NCBI GenBank assembly: GCA_044892505.1
Contig: CM097882.1
Span: forward strand, 303,738,001 to 303,802,000
Source of the DNA: Schmidtea nova
Lineage: Eukaryota
Length of the DNA stretch: 64,000 bases
Direction: 5' to 3'
A program made the translations under genes and the position numbers. This document shows positions 27,112 through 39,289 of this stretch, in pieces. The first letter of the stretch is position 1, and the number at the start of each line of letters is the position of its first letter. The notes beneath the pieces were generated by a model. The model was not told the DNA's origin. It saw nothing but the letters and a program-made list of their open reading frames with translations, and did no database searches.

Positions 27112-30100
27112 ATTCCAACATCGAAACATCAACAATTCATGCAAGGACCCATTTAAAGTACGCATAACACAATAAAATCAATAAAATCATTCGTTCAAAG
27201 AGTATTATGGTCCTTCGGGGTTTGCGAGATGTTTTTTGTACCCTGTTGTCCCCAAATTTTCGATTTTTCCGATCAAAATTTAAAGCGTAATAAAATCAAT
27301 TTTTGCAATCAATCGCTATACACTACATCATCCAAAGACACTAGAATATTCGCGCATTTATTTCATCCACGAGATCGTAGTCAAACATATTATCACAATC
27401 TCAATTCGTGGATCGAATATTCCTTTAAAAATACATATATTCGGGGATATTCAATATATATTTTTTATCTAAATGACTGTTATTATCGCAATTTTTCAAC
27501 ATTATTATGTTTTCAATATTTAAAATCTAAGTACACTTTATTTATGTTCTAGTCCTATTGTCTATCTTGCGTTATAAATTAGGATAAAAAGTTTTAATTC
27601 AATTTATCTTTTAGATTTCAAAACTTTGCCGAGGCCTTAGTAACGATTTTGATTCAGTAAAACTTTCCACTTTAATTTCCAACCATCAGATTTCGGTTTT
27701 TTCAACTTATTTAATTTTTAAATTTAAATTTAAAATTTTTCTGTAAATTTAAATTAAACTTGGTAAAAATTATGCAAAATTTCATTATCATTAAAATTTT
27801 ATAAATTATAATTGTTTAAAATAAGAAAAGATTTATAGCATTTTCTTATTTACACACAGTTTCAACATGATTGGTTGTTTTTAACATAACAGCAGTCTAT
27901 TATATGATAAAATATTGATTTTTCTCCTTCCAATTTAGTATTGATAGAGAAATTTACGTTTCATTTTCATGACCGATTTCACAAGTAAATTGATTTTGTT
28001 TTATTTTTCTTCTAGGATTATCTTAAAACTATTTTAGAGAATCTTACATCAAACTATCTTAGACAATCACACTTCAAAACCATCTTTGGAAAATCTCGCT
28101 TCAAAAATTATTTTGGAAATTCCTACCAAGTATTTTGGGAAAGTTGGATTACTGGGGAACATTAATACCCATTCACCTGTGCTACTACACATATCGACAT
28201 TCATCACGGCATAGTCAAAACCAGACACAGATCTCAATTAGCAATTCGAACGCAAAATTTTTACTTTGGATCTATTAGTTTTGGATGGGATTTTCGGTGA
28301 TGAAGGATACGATTTCATGATCGATTCATTTCATACTGCCAGCATCGTATTCACATATATCCATTTATATACTCGTATGCACCTATATGTATACATCTGT
28401 AGTAATAAAAGATATCTATTTTTTGACTTGTTTTAGATTTTGGTTTTTTGTCTCTAAGAATTCTAAGTGTTGCGTTGTTAATTGAGAGTGTATTTTTACA
28501 AAAAAAAGATAATATAGCGTAATCGAGTCAAATTTTATCGGTATGGAGTGTCGTCGGGGAAATATGAACTTATCCAATTCCTTACCGATTGAAACCTAAT
28601 CGTTGATTTTTCTTGCATATAATATTTAGTTCAAATGGTTCTGAACAACTGAAATAGTAAGTTTCTGCATACCAGGATCAAACTTACTGGGTGTTGCAAG
28701 CAATGAGGTAATGAAGGTGGTAGGATGTTAGAAATTTGTGGGATAATTGATATAGCGGGGAAAATATAAGTTAGAAATGACTAACCGATACTACAGAGCG
28801 TTGCCAAAGGTAGTTGAAATGGTTAGTGCGATAGGGTGTTATTGACTGCAAATAAATGATTATAGGTATTTTTATAAATGTAACGGTTAATTCTCAAGGT
28901 GGTAATTTGAATATAGATGATGTTGTGAATGAAACGTGTGGCTCAATGATGAATGTGAATGAGTGAATTTTCTGGATGTGTGATGCTGACGAATGTTATT
29001 GAGTGAAATGATGTAGTGTGTATTATGGATAAATAAATTTTGTATGTGGTATTAGGTATGGAGTGCGACATACTCTTGAAATGAATAATGTTCATTAACC
29101 CATCACTCACTATAATTCATATAATAATTTATATATTTTATTTTTTCATCTTTTATTTCATTTTTCTAATTCAGGAATTTTGTTTTTTTTAATAAAAATA
29201 ATTCATGTGACATTTTTTATCTCATCTTAATATTAAAAAATGAAAAATAAATAAAATAAATAATAATTCTAAGATTACAAATTAAATGGAAAAAGAAATG
29301 AGTAAAATTACACTTAGTAATTAAATAAATCATTAATGGCAATATTTAAATTAATCAATATAACAATATAAAATTTTTTAAAATAAAATAGATTTTAATA
29401 AAAAATCAATTTATAGTAAAAGTGAATTCAATAAAGTGAAATATTGAACTGTTATTTTACAAAAAAAAATATTTTTAAAAGAGTAATCGCGCTTGTATAG
29501 CGGACTTCTGAACCTAATATATGAATATATTTGTTTGTGAGAAAAGCAAACTTCATAATGTTGAAATAATCAATAAATATTTACTTGACTTTTGTATAAT
29601 TATTTAAATTTGACACAATTTCTTCACCGACATGTAAATAAAAAGGATTTTTGGTAGCCATATATAATAAGTATGTAGATTCAGCGAATTCTGGTCGCAA
29701 TGGATAGAAATTGACATCGGGACGTTTATGATACCAATTGAATCTTTCTGGTAAAACCCGGAATTTTTTCCAAATAGCATAGTAATAGGCGTGTACACAA
29801 ATAGCCTCGTCTAGGTCACCATTCAAGGTCTGAATAATGACGTGATTTAATTGAATTCATTTTGATTGGAAAAAGTTAATAAAGTTCGATTCGAGGTGAA
29901 GTGAAGTTGGGTTTGTTTGGCGGGCGTGTCGAAGTGTGTAGATTCATATTCGTTCAAAAGATTATTATTTCATTTGTATTCTTTAACATGGAGTTAAATT
30001 ACTCGTCGATTGATAACAATTTCAGAATGACAATTAAAAAACAAATCTTTGACACTTTAAAATATCTTGTTGATTAAGTTTTGGTGTTTTAATTTATTAA

Positions 30101-33100
30101 TTAGTTTCATGTCATTTTGGTGACTTTTAAAATATATATTTTTGGAATTTGAAAAACACAATACTAATTCTGTTTTCTAAAAAACGCTTGTATTCGAAAA
30201 TAGACATGAATTTTCCTGGATTGGATTATAGCACTCAACGGTTAAAGGCGCTTATTGTCGATATTGATGGAGAAATTCTTTATGAGACAAACGTTGATTT
30301 TGATTCCCAATTAAGCCAATTATCAGTCATGGTAAATTTAGAAAGTCCCTTTATTAATTAAGGCTAACGAGTATTTCTAAGTATCAAATAAAACACGAGG
30401 ACTTTAATTAGAGACTTTAATTGGTTCCCAAAGGTAGGTCGCCAAGAATATTGATATCTAGTTGTCCGTATTAATTGAGTGCATATTAAATTACCGCAAT
30501 ACAAAAGCAGAAATGCCGAATATGTTATTGCCAAAAATAGAAAGCAAGCTCATTCATCTCACGAATCCTTTTAACTATGCTCTAATATTTGCTTCTAATA
30601 AATATATTAATAAAACTTTTAACTTTTTGCCTTGTTTTTTACAGTTGAGTAACAAAAACTTTACTGTTTTAATAGTCGGTCTGGTAACAATTTGGGAACC
30701 CCTGGGAAAGATAAATAGTTTACTGAATTTTACAGATAATGAAATTTGAAAATCATAATAGAGGTTTAATAAAATAATAATGAACATACCAATATACCTG
30801 GCAGAGCGGCTTGTAGAGAATCAATCCAGTGATTATCAATGTCACCATTTTTCATCTGTACATTAACAAAAAACGGTGGCAATCCATTATTTCCAGAGCA
30901 TTTTTGTCGACCTTTACGCATATAATAACGAACACTACTCATCGCCTCATTAAATAACTTATTATACTTTACATTCCCGAATACAACATAGCTCTATCAA
31001 TTTCCGTTCATCAAAAAACGTTAAGTATCATTAAAAACACTACTTTCAATAGATATTCATAAAAAGAATCTTGGCCAGCGCCCAAACCAGACATCTCACT
31101 TATCCATTTTCCGGTATGAATATTTATTACATTTCCTATGTCAGTATCAAATATGGTTTCGGAAAATTGACCATTACTAACCTGGAAGTCCTGTTACATT
31201 GGATTTTAGCCTCCATAATGTATTTATCGTTCTATCAGCAACGTTTTCAAATACTGGATCCTGAATAAGTCGGCTAAGTACACCGAATTCCAAGAGTAAC
31301 GTTGAAGCACCAGCCAAACAAGTTTCATTTACTGAATTTAGAGGAATTCCGGTGAGTAAATTAACTCTTGGGTGAGGGATTCCAGTATTTGTTTGCTTTA
31401 AATTTATCATTAAGTCACTTCTAAATAGTTTTTTTTTTAATTTTGCATTTTATCATATTAATTGTCAGGAAAGCTAAAAGTTCCACAGGGTCTTTGATAA
31501 GAAACATTTCTATAATTTATTCAATTAGCGTAATTATTTCTAGTCTTATTTAGAAAAGGTTTCATTAAATGAGCGTATGAGATAAAGAAAGGGTTTAATG
31601 AAAATATTTACAAACATGAACATTTAAATAATTTTGTCTTTGTCTTTATTAAATTTCAGCAAAATGGAACCCTATGATCTATTCTACTCTTATAATATGG
31701 CTGTTTTCCATAATATAGATTTCCAATAACTTCGCAAATGGAATATTTTCTATGATCATTTATTTGTATGGGGATACAGTGCAATTTCCATATATTTCAC
31801 ACTCAAATGATGTTAAAAATATGGAGGTTTTAATTTTTTTTTAAAGTATACGAGCTTCAGCTACAGCCTTTTTCAAGTGTGTTTTCCTATAAAAACACTA
31901 TTGAAAAATGTTGCGCCGAAAATTCGAGTACTTCTTGAAAACAAAAATTGCTTCAGTCTTCATAAAAATGAAAATTTCGGAAATACAAAAGAATAGATCA
32001 AAGGCGAAATGTTAACGATTCTTTATATAAACATTAAATTTATAATTCAATACATTGATCTTGGTGTTCTTTATCAATTGATTCTTTTTCATTAATAATC
32101 AATTTATCATTATTTTTCGAATCACTTTCTTTTTAATTCTATCTCTATTAAAACTATTATTTTATCATTTTCGAAGCATTAAAATCCTTATCAAAATTCT
32201 GATGTTCTCAGCGTAATCTTATTATCATTTGCTATAAAATTCATCGAATTCAACTCAGCAATCAAATTATTAAGATCAATATCAAGCTTATTGATGATCT
32301 TCTCTTCATCATTTAAATCAAAGCTTAACCTTTTGATTAGTAAGTTTTATTTTACGTAAACTGACAGATATGATACGTCTCGTTTCATCTAGAGAGCTAT
32401 GTGCGACAAAACGATATTTACTCATTTACTCTAAGGAGTGCAATAGGCAGAAAACATACTGGTACGTTCATACTAATCAAAGGGTTAACCATCCATATTT
32501 GAAACAGTTTTAAAAGTATCAAACTACGAAAATATGTTAAAGAGAATAATTTTAAAAATACTCTAGAAATAATTTAAGTCAACTGAATTTAGTAGAAATT
32601 TAATGAAGTACTTTCTATAATTAATTTTAAAATTTTGACTCATTCCTTAATCCATCTTGTTTGGTAACTGTGCTGGTGGTGAAATATAAAATTACCAATT
32701 AAATATTTGACTCCAAGCATGCTTTATTTGACCAACAAAATAACAATTTTCAGACAACATAAACCTTTATTGATTATCACCTATGATTACACAAATTATA
32801 AGAATATTACTGATTCAATATCGCCACCAGTTGTTACACAGTGCTTATTGCGACACTACGTGAAGAATAGCACACTTTTTTGAGAGCAGCTTGAATTAAC
32901 TATCACTCACTGCTGCCTCTGATTCAATAATTGAGAAATCGATCTGGTTGTTTTTGTACTTTGACTTGAATGATTTACTTGATAGGCTTCTGCTCTTTTG
33001 TTATTCAATTAATTCTTGTTTTGCTACATTTAATTTAATCTTTTCTAATTTTCTTTTGATTTCACGTTTTTTAATAATTCAACTCTATTTTGACTCGACG

Positions 33101-36100
33101 AATTCTTTTATTTCTTTTTTTAACTGAATTCTTGTTCTCCAATTTGTTTAATTTCCACTAATTTTCTCCAATTTCCAATCTCTCTATCCTACTCTAATAT
33201 TAATTTATCCATAATCTAATTTCTCTCATCTGTTGTGGTTTTTTTTTATAGTTTGTCATTCTCTAGCACTGGAGATTATTTTTGTCTCTGTCTACAGCAT
33301 ATTTCATTTTTCTTCATGGTTCCCTACTCGCCCTGACAGCTGTAGAAATATACTATTTCTGATCATTTCCTTTTTATATTTCCCGATTCTTCCCGTTACA
33401 CTTTTGTTATCTCTAGCAAGCTGTCGAGATATGTATTTTCTTCTTGTGTTTGTTTTCAATTTTGGAATTACATTTTTCTTTTTGTACTTGTTAATTAACA
33501 ATGACCTATTTACTTTATTGTTTAATTTCTTTAATTTTTACTATTATCTTCGTATTTCTCAATTTCTTACTCTCATTCCTTCTTCTCAATTCCAAAGTAG
33601 CACACCATTTATTTCATCCATTTTCCACCAATCATTTTTATTAATTTTAGAATATTATTTAATTTTTATTAATTAGGTATCTTCACCAATATGTTGAATC
33701 AAAAATATCGTATTTCGAGACAAGAAATAAAACCTAATAAAATTTTCAAATGTTCAACTTATGGAATTACATTTTAGCCTAAGATTCTGAAATTTCGTTC
33801 AATGATCAAATATCCTGGCCACACTCTACATTTTAATTTTGAAATAAAATGTTTTCGCTTTCTCCAAGTCGCATTATTTATTGCGAAAATTCTGTGCTTA
33901 AATAGTATTAGTTATCGAAATGAAGTCATTTAAAAATTGTAATTTTTGTAAGACTATAGATCAAAACCATTTTTTTATTTGGTACAAGTAATGAAAGCTG
34001 TGTAAAAAATTAATATGAAAATTATTGAGTTAAAAAAAAGATCAAAGGTGAAACCATAAGATAATGATAACATTAAAATTTAATTGTTCAATATATGGAA
34101 GTTTCACTGTATATAGGAGAATATTTATACGAAAGCCGACTGCATTATATAAGAACAAAAATGGTTAAGTGTTAAGTAAAACAATTAAAGATGTAGTGAA
34201 AAGGATAAATTTAGGAACATATAAAACCATTAAAGTTAAATTATTTTGCAAGTTATATTGAATGTTATTCTATTTCTCCTACCGTGCATAATTATTAATA
34301 TTAGAATACAATCAAATAATATATTTTTTACTTCAAAAGCTGATAGTAATCGCGAAGCTAGATCCCTAGCTAACATTAATAATTCATTGGTATACCCAAT
34401 TGGTTTCAGATCTCCAAATCGTTTCGTCTCATCAATTATGAGCAAATGGGCAGATAATAATGAACCCATTATCCTTAAATAATAATTTAACTGCATCATT
34501 CAAACTATTTCACTACCGAATTGTAGCTTCAAAAACCTGTACAGTAGTATTTTGATTAAAATGAAGACTGTCAATGACAATTTTAACTGCCCGTTTAAAT
34601 TCTGGTATGTCGTTAATTATCTGAATGCAAATTATTCATAATTGTCCTTACCACAAATACGCAACAATAAATTGAAAAGAATTGTTATTAGAAAATATAA
34701 GAATTTAAATAACAAATAAATTTTTTCTTTGTTTTAGTGAAGATCGCGTAAAATATAGGAGCAATTTTTGTGATGTAATATTTACTTAAATCTAATGAAA
34801 TCATGTAAGGACAATGTGAAAATTGTAATTCTTCTGTTGTGTTTTATTGAAATGATCTTTGTGCGTTTTTCTTTATGTCAACTACAGAAACAATCGGAAC
34901 AGGAAATTATCTCGACTGAATGATTACAGCAATTAAATTTTGAAACAAAAATAATAACTTCGTTTAATTATAAAGATGATAATGTGCGTGTTTATAACTG
35001 TTTTTGTTATTTTGTCCATTAATTTCACTGCGGAATTGTTGTTCCCTTCTATACAAAAATATCACTATATATTCGTCCTCCAGAATGAATATATTGATTG
35101 CCAGGATGAGTATACTCGTTGTATATTAAATGTGTTTTAATGTCTATTGACAAGTAGTAGTAGAATGTGCCCTCGTCAGATAAAACACCCTTAGTGTGAT
35201 GTAATAATCGACCTTTGATATTTTATGTGATACATCAATGTAATAATTAACCTCATATAACACATTCATAACGTAATAATTAACATTTGTTATATGATGT
35301 AATACTTGTCATATTCTATCACATTTGACTTTTTCACTGTTATGTCATACTTGACCCTTGATCCTCGTGTTACCTTCACCTTTAGTTGCTAAAATTATAT
35401 TTATAGATATTAATATTTAGTTTTTTTCATTGTAATTTCTGTTGCTTATTTTACAATAGACCGACAAAAATTTTTTTGGCTCATGGAACTATTCCTGCTT
35501 TACATGACTGCTCTAACTTGTTCGGCAAACTATGACAACTAATTGGTTTTATTTTGTTCGTGTATCATATTTAATAAAAGGACAATAGCCTAAATTGTCT
35601 AAAAATCTATGATTCTATGCGAGATAAATGTATTTTTCAAGGTTTCAGCCATTCAGTAGAAATCATATCTTGATGTATTCTATTGCTTCCTAGAAGCATG
35701 AATGATGTTTTTTAAACTATCTATAAAGCCCGTAAAATGACTGTCGCATTTTTTGAATTTCTATAAAATTAGATATGGGTAATGACGAACGGACAGAGTG
35801 GGATTCAGCTTACTCAAGAAATGAAAATACATGATATAATTTTGGCTTTAAAGACTGAACATGGTGATTTAATAATATCTGTTTTTAAAAGTCACCAAAT
35901 GTTTTGTTTATTAAGTTCGTAAGGAGTTAGAGACCGAAAATGGAAACGTGTGGTCACTATCAAAGTTTAAAATGGTATAGGTGCCAACCGTCTTTGTACA
36001 AAATGTTCTAAACAGTGCGATAACCTGATATATGTTCTTTCACATCAATCCACATCATTTGTAGATTATCATTGAGATTTGATTGAATCACTTTTTTGGA

Positions 36101-38743
36101 TTTTTTATTGTTCAAGATTTTTTCCATGACTTCAATAAAGTTAGAGGGGGAATTTTTATGTGGAAAATCGAAGTTTTACTGAAATGACAATTACAGTATA
36201 CTCAGATTAAGTTACCATTCAAAGCCACTTTAAAGAGTGATGAATTAAGTGTATGGTGAATTAACCGGAAACAGCAATTTTTTAATCTACGGGCTTTAAT
36301 GTAAAGATTTGGATGCTAAGGACAATAATTTAACACTATCTTGATGTTCTTGATGCAACTGATAATTATAACATGAATGCACGTACTCAATTGAAGCTTC
36401 AGTGCAATGATGTAATCACCAATGCTTCTAACAATAGCTGTTTTAGCGGATAGATGAGTTTATGAGTTAGGTTGATCTATCTAAAAGTGTTTGATCAACA
36501 TGAATAGGTGACAGTAGGCGTTTGTGAGTTGGAGTTGATTTGTACTACATACATTGAATTTCATTCATTTGTCCAAAAACGATGTATCGGCTTTTCACTT
36601 TACTTTATGGATGTAAGTATATTTAATTATGTACATCCTATGTATATTTGGATATTATGATTGATGATAGAATGCATTTTTTGAGTACCGTCACAATTTT
36701 TTCAATTCATGTGTATGTAATAGTAGGGAGAATCTACTCGAACAGGTAGTAAACTATCCAAAGTATTCACTATAATAAATTGTATTTTGGGCGGAGAAAA
36801 GGTGCCGAATTAACTGGTATTATAGTTACAGGTTTGTATGGGTTTGTGCTCAGGAATGCCAAAAGTTAACGAATGGCGAATTAACCAGAATATACAGTAA
36901 TTTGTACATATTTCATTTTTTGTCAGTAATCTTTTATCTTAAAGCAATCGGATAAGAAAAGCTTTATGTATAAATAATATAAAAATAATTCATTATCTCG
37001 TACTTTTTTTCATTTAAAACAATATAAAAATAAGAAATATTCACCAAGATTAAATTAAAATTAATAATGTTTATACTTTAATTATTAAATGTTTAAATTC
37101 GATAAAAGAAAACAAAAATGATATCATATCACAAGAGGATATGTAATGTGTCAAATAGAGTCAATATATAAGTATCGAGTGTATCATTTATAATTACAAA
37201 GACCTGAGAATGGAAGAATGTGCCAAACAGATAGATAAAAAATAATTCAAATTCAAATAGAAAAATTCATATACAACAATGTGCTACGTACGAATAGAGA
37301 ATTTAATATTGACAATTAAGTATGGATTAAAGAGGATAAAATAACAAAGGAGGACAATAGATATGATGGTCCTGGGAAAATAATAAGAAGCGGCACAATA
37401 TCAGATATGTAATAAAAATAACAACATGAAAAATAAGATCAAGATTGACTAAAAGAATTTTAAAAGTAAGAAGATTTTAAGCAATGATGGTATTCAAATA
37501 TTTTAGCAACCGGTACGTCAAAACTGAACCAATATTAACAAGCGGTTTGCCCGAACACTGACAAATCCCCTAATTTTTGATGCCGACTCAAAACTCGAAC
37601 GCGTTAGTCATTTTCATATGAAATCAAAATTAGATAATTTTATATGGTATCATTATTATAAATCCTCCAATTATAAATCCTCCTATTTGCACAGAAATAA
37701 ATATTTCCAGCAACAAGCGGTTCCCACGAACCTTCCGAATCCCATCATTGGTCTTATTTATGATTACTCAGCTGATAATAGATGCCAAACAAAAACAAAG
37801 GCATTCAGGTATCATTATAACAACCGTTTCGTAGAACTGACGAAAAGTCTAATTAATTTGTTCAGACGAGGAGGCTTAATTCAACCACTGGATGTAAAGC
37901 ATATTTATAAACATTTAAATGCCTTTTGTGTGTTAAAGTTGGATAATTATATTACTCAAGTAATTATTTATATTTAAGTAAAAGGGTTATAAAGAAATTA
38001 ATTTGTTTAGCACGATGGCTGTCTCGCTTGTGGCTCGTCTGAGGCGCCGTGAGACCACACGAAATCTCAAATGATATTTTTCAAAAATAAATTCATATGT
38101 ACATATAAATCAATACTATATATACATGATTTTGATTTGGTCTCTTAGTTAACCCACATACTTGCATTTGTCGGCAGCTAATTTGTTAAATAATATAATT
38201 TTATCTTCAATGTGTTATTTATTCTTTTTATGAAAAAATTAAATATTTAGCTAACATGAATAATATGAAAAGATTTCATTATTATTTGTACTTTGGTCAT
38301 TTAAATAATATCAAATTAAGAAATAGTCAACTAAATTAAATATAAATTTTTTTGAACTAGTTAGTTTTAATTTTTCATTATTAAATATGAATAAAAAATG
38401 ATGATCATACCACAAGAGTATCTAAAGTGTCAACTAGAGTCAATTGATAATCACCTAGTGCATCATTTATATTGATATTATCCCTATTCTCATAATCATG
38501 TCCTCTTCCTTTGCAGTTAATCGGATCAAGCTCATCAAAAGGGTGTGCAAAATTCATATAATTTTCATAACCAAAATAAAACATTGATTTCACAATTTTT
38601 AATGTTTCAATTTTAGGTTTATAAACGAGGTATTTCTCTTTTTTTATTGACTCTAGAAATACTTTCTGTCCATAAGACATACATAGAGATGACTTTGTTA
38701 GAAGAACAATAATCAAAATTTTAGCAAATGGAAAATTAAGCAT
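649..38743 (-). CDS. EDEM1: ER degradation-enhancing alpha-mannosidase-like protein 1 (GH47), multi-exon host gene
   Basis: GT-AG exons with consistent phases: 38411-38743, 34517-34620, 34332-34473, 31182-31395, 31044-31135, 30790-30993, 29585-29829, 1015-1111, then from 966 (last exon end uncertain, 772 or 649). Peptides [94 protein letters not shown] match recalled EDEM1 motifs. Confidence 0.93.
1586..1720 (+). repeat. degenerate ~30-bp tandem repeat
   Basis: about 4 units of aaaagaaaatgcac(g/a)ttcaa.tagat. Confidence 0.55.
2750..3420 (+). pseudogene. Ty3/Gypsy gag fragment
   Basis: [19 protein letters not shown] and [21 protein letters not shown] resemble the gag at 12934-13630; stops and frameshifts. 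Confidence 0.6.
3720..4030. repeat. three imperfect ~90-105 bp tandem copies
   Basis: recurring gtgtgttagtcatg(t/c)atatgtattgca. Confidence 0.6.
4370..5040. pseudogene. rearranged Gypsy pol fragments: integrase H-H region (-) and RT thumb/connection (+)
   Basis: minus strand [20 protein letters not shown]; plus strand [26 protein letters not shown]. Confidence 0.75.
6240..6510 (+). pseudogene. Polinton/adintovirus-type adenain cysteine protease remnant
   Basis: [35 protein letters not shown]: the HW / DSFG / Q..TCG.C motif order; frameshifted. Confidence 0.75.
7201..7360 (+). promoter_or_regulatory. element A promoter: inverted CCAAT, TATA, Inr, then AATAAA
   Basis: ATTGG 7209, TATATA 7235, TCAGT 7255, AATAAA 7348; same arrangement in B, C and D. 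Confidence 0.7.
7414..7488 (+). ncRNA. conserved two-hairpin motif 1 (copy A)
   Basis: gtcccg/cgggat stem, then GGCCTCT-cagt..acc-ttcg-ggt..gctg-ATGCGGCG; present in all 4 copies. Confidence 0.55.
8149..8718 (+). pseudogene. element ORF1, Trp-rich unknown protein (copy A; one TGG>TAG stop at 8635)
   Basis: [31 protein letters not shown](W) shared with C and D. Confidence 0.75.
8963..9512 (+). pseudogene. element ORF2 (copy A; 2 stops and 1 frameshift)
   Basis: [45 protein letters not shown]. Confidence 0.8.
9691..9872 (+). ncRNA. conserved structured RNA motif 2 (copy A)
   Basis: multi-stem fold with GCAA tetraloop and attaggg/ccctaat pseudoknot; covaries across 4 copies. Confidence 0.7.
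10221..10410 (+). promoter_or_regulatory. element B promoter, AATAAA and splice donor
   Basis: ctgattga 10226, TATATAA 10245, TCAGT 10264, AATAAAG|GTATAC at 10399-10411. Confidence 0.7.
10482..10557 (+). ncRNA. motif 1 (copy B)
   Basis: GGCCTCT-cagc..gctg-ATGCGGCG. Confidence 0.5.
10610..11110 (+). pseudogene. element ORF2 (copy B; in-frame stops at 10637 and 10709); ORF1 absent
   Basis: [46 protein letters not shown]. Confidence 0.8.
11292..11476 (+). ncRNA. structured RNA motif 2 (copy B)
   Basis: compensatory pairs acgaga/tctcgt and gct/agc. Confidence 0.7.
12423..12609. mobile_element. piggyBac-type MITE
   Basis: TTAA on both sides, TIR ccttttgattagta / tactaatcaacggg; sister copy at 32329. 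Confidence 0.85.
17000..17186 (+). promoter_or_regulatory. element C promoter, AATAAA and splice donor
   Basis: ctgattgg, TATAAA 17032, TCAGT 17051, AATAAAG|GTATAC 17174-17186. Confidence 0.7.
17245..17322 (+). ncRNA. motif 1 (copy C)
   Basis: gtcccg-a-agatc-tcgc-gatct-ga-cgggat; GGCCTCT-cgg..ccg-ATGCGGCG (compensatory versus cag/ctg). Confidence 0.55.
18036..18565 (+). pseudogene. element ORF1 (copy C; one frameshift)
   Basis: [32 protein letters not shown]. Confidence 0.75.
18850..19410 (+). CDS. element ORF2, intact 186 aa: coiled coil, TQT, Arg-rich motif
   Basis: open ORF homologous end-to-end to 52639-53202. Confidence 0.85.
   Translation: MNNTTPRDFRKEAKEYKARAKVLESRLRQLCEEYQRVKTTWFNPERVRSILQARYRAERIAEEQSRETAAVRLELHNYLKASTQEFISQQLRPLIRASTFNRWAETISTTTNTQTEAEQDTTTPTPAISTPLEGSKRTKRRNRLGAKRRRERRAYAERLGIEVDLLSGLTEQQLLDVINPSMLLNN
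19570..19753 (+). ncRNA. structured RNA motif 2 (copy C)
   Basis: acaagg/ccttgt, gtgaa/ttcac, GCGA loop, gttaggg/ccctaac. Confidence 0.7.
20067..20839 (-). mobile_element. 773-bp hAT deletion derivative retaining the dimerisation domain
   Basis: 8-bp TSD GTCTCACA; TIR cagaggcgtagct/agctatgcctttg; [28 protein letters not shown]. Confidence 0.9.
23799..24025. repeat. two (AT)n tracts flanking a perfect 44-bp-arm palindrome (23899-23990)
   Basis: direct inspection. Confidence 0.9.
24407..24720 (+). repeat. dispersed repeat starting with a perfect 15-bp hairpin; related copy at ~2320-2560
   Basis: agctcagatagatag-ctta-ctatctatctgagct followed by ttcgcgtctgt/gcgtttgtgt motifs. Confidence 0.65.
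25760..25988. mobile_element. possible second piggyBac-type MITE
   Basis: ttat-cctttaagtgcg ... cgcatctaaaggg-ttaa imperfect TIR. Confidence 0.45.
26060..27760 (-). repeat. decayed dispersed element of unknown class (copy 1), with ~620-bp insert and (AT)n
   Basis: 26230-26490 and 27110-27760 are collinear reverse complements of 44340-44600 and 43640-44230. Confidence 0.75.
29585..29829 (-). CDS. EDEM1: EDEM1 exon 7
   Basis: [39 protein letters not shown], donor GTAAAT at 29584. Confidence 0.9.
30206..30331 (+). pseudogene. xylulokinase (FGGY family) N-terminal exon-like fragment inside EDEM1 intron 6
   Basis: [36 protein letters not shown] resembles the G.D.STQQLK N-terminus of XYLB/Xks1 (recalled); followed by G|GTAAAT; no downstream exons found. 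Confidence 0.6.
30790..31395 (-). CDS. EDEM1: EDEM1 exons 4-6 (31182-31395, 31044-31135, 30790-30993), 46- and 50-nt introns
   Basis: [15 protein letters not shown]|[17 protein letters not shown]|[19 protein letters not shown]; phases consistent. Confidence 0.9.
32329..32484. mobile_element. piggyBac-type MITE (sister of 12423-12609)
   Basis: TTAA flanks, TIR ccttttgattagta/tactaatcaaaggg. Confidence 0.85.
32700..33900 (-). pseudogene. heavily decayed gag-like retroelement fragment
   Basis: Lys/Glu/Arg-rich broken frames on the minus strand; faint resemblance to the gag at 63400-63790. Confidence 0.35.
34332..34620 (-). CDS. EDEM1: EDEM1 exons 2-3 (34517-34620, 34332-34473), 43-nt intron
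   Basis: [21 protein letters not shown]|[15 protein letters not shown] with GT/AG boundaries. Confidence 0.9.
36194..36897. mobile_element. pogo/Tigger-like non-autonomous element
   Basis: TA-cagtatactc ... gaatatacag-TA imperfect TIR; internal gaattaacc repeats. Confidence 0.45.
38411..38743 (-). CDS. EDEM1: EDEM1 exon 1 (signal/anchor plus GH47 N-terminus)
   Basis: ATG at 38743, hydrophobic N-terminus, [28 protein letters not shown], donor GTATGA at 38410; 333 bp. Confidence 0.9.
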
Positions 38744-39289
38744 TATCTAAAATATTAATAGACAAATGTGAAGGTAAAAAAGATTATGAAAATACCTTTC
38801 AAAGAATAACGTTAAATTTGTTTATTATGTTATATATCATAATCAAAATATTTAATTGAATGTTACACCAAAATTTATGTTATATGATTTCTGTAATAAT
38901 TCTAGCCAATTAAATACAAATTATGACGCTAGTTAATATTTATATTATTTAAACAAAGAACACTTGCTTAAAATTATGAATATATTGCTAATATAAATTT
39001 CCGGAATCTAGTTTAAATATATTTACTTTATAGCTCAAATATTTAATAGTTATAAATATATTCAATTACTAGGATGAAATCCTTCTTAAAAATTATACTA
39101 GTTAAATATAATTTTTATGAATTGTTATTAATACAACGAAAATAAATGGTTAGTAATATATAATATTTATCAACAAAAGCTAATTGGTTATCTGGTAATT
39201 ATAATAAATACTAAAAAAGCCAGTAAACTGAAGTGCTTCAAATTTAATTCATAAAACTGTTTTAATATAAATTTTAAAAGAAATCAGAA

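Noticed and set aside
26847-27167. ORFs with YIYIYI runs (also 59950-60249)
   Set aside because: They are translations of (AT)n microsatellites.
33233-33676. Hydrophobic 147-aa ORF as a membrane protein
   Set aside because: It is the T-rich antisense shadow of a purine-rich decayed gag-like frame.
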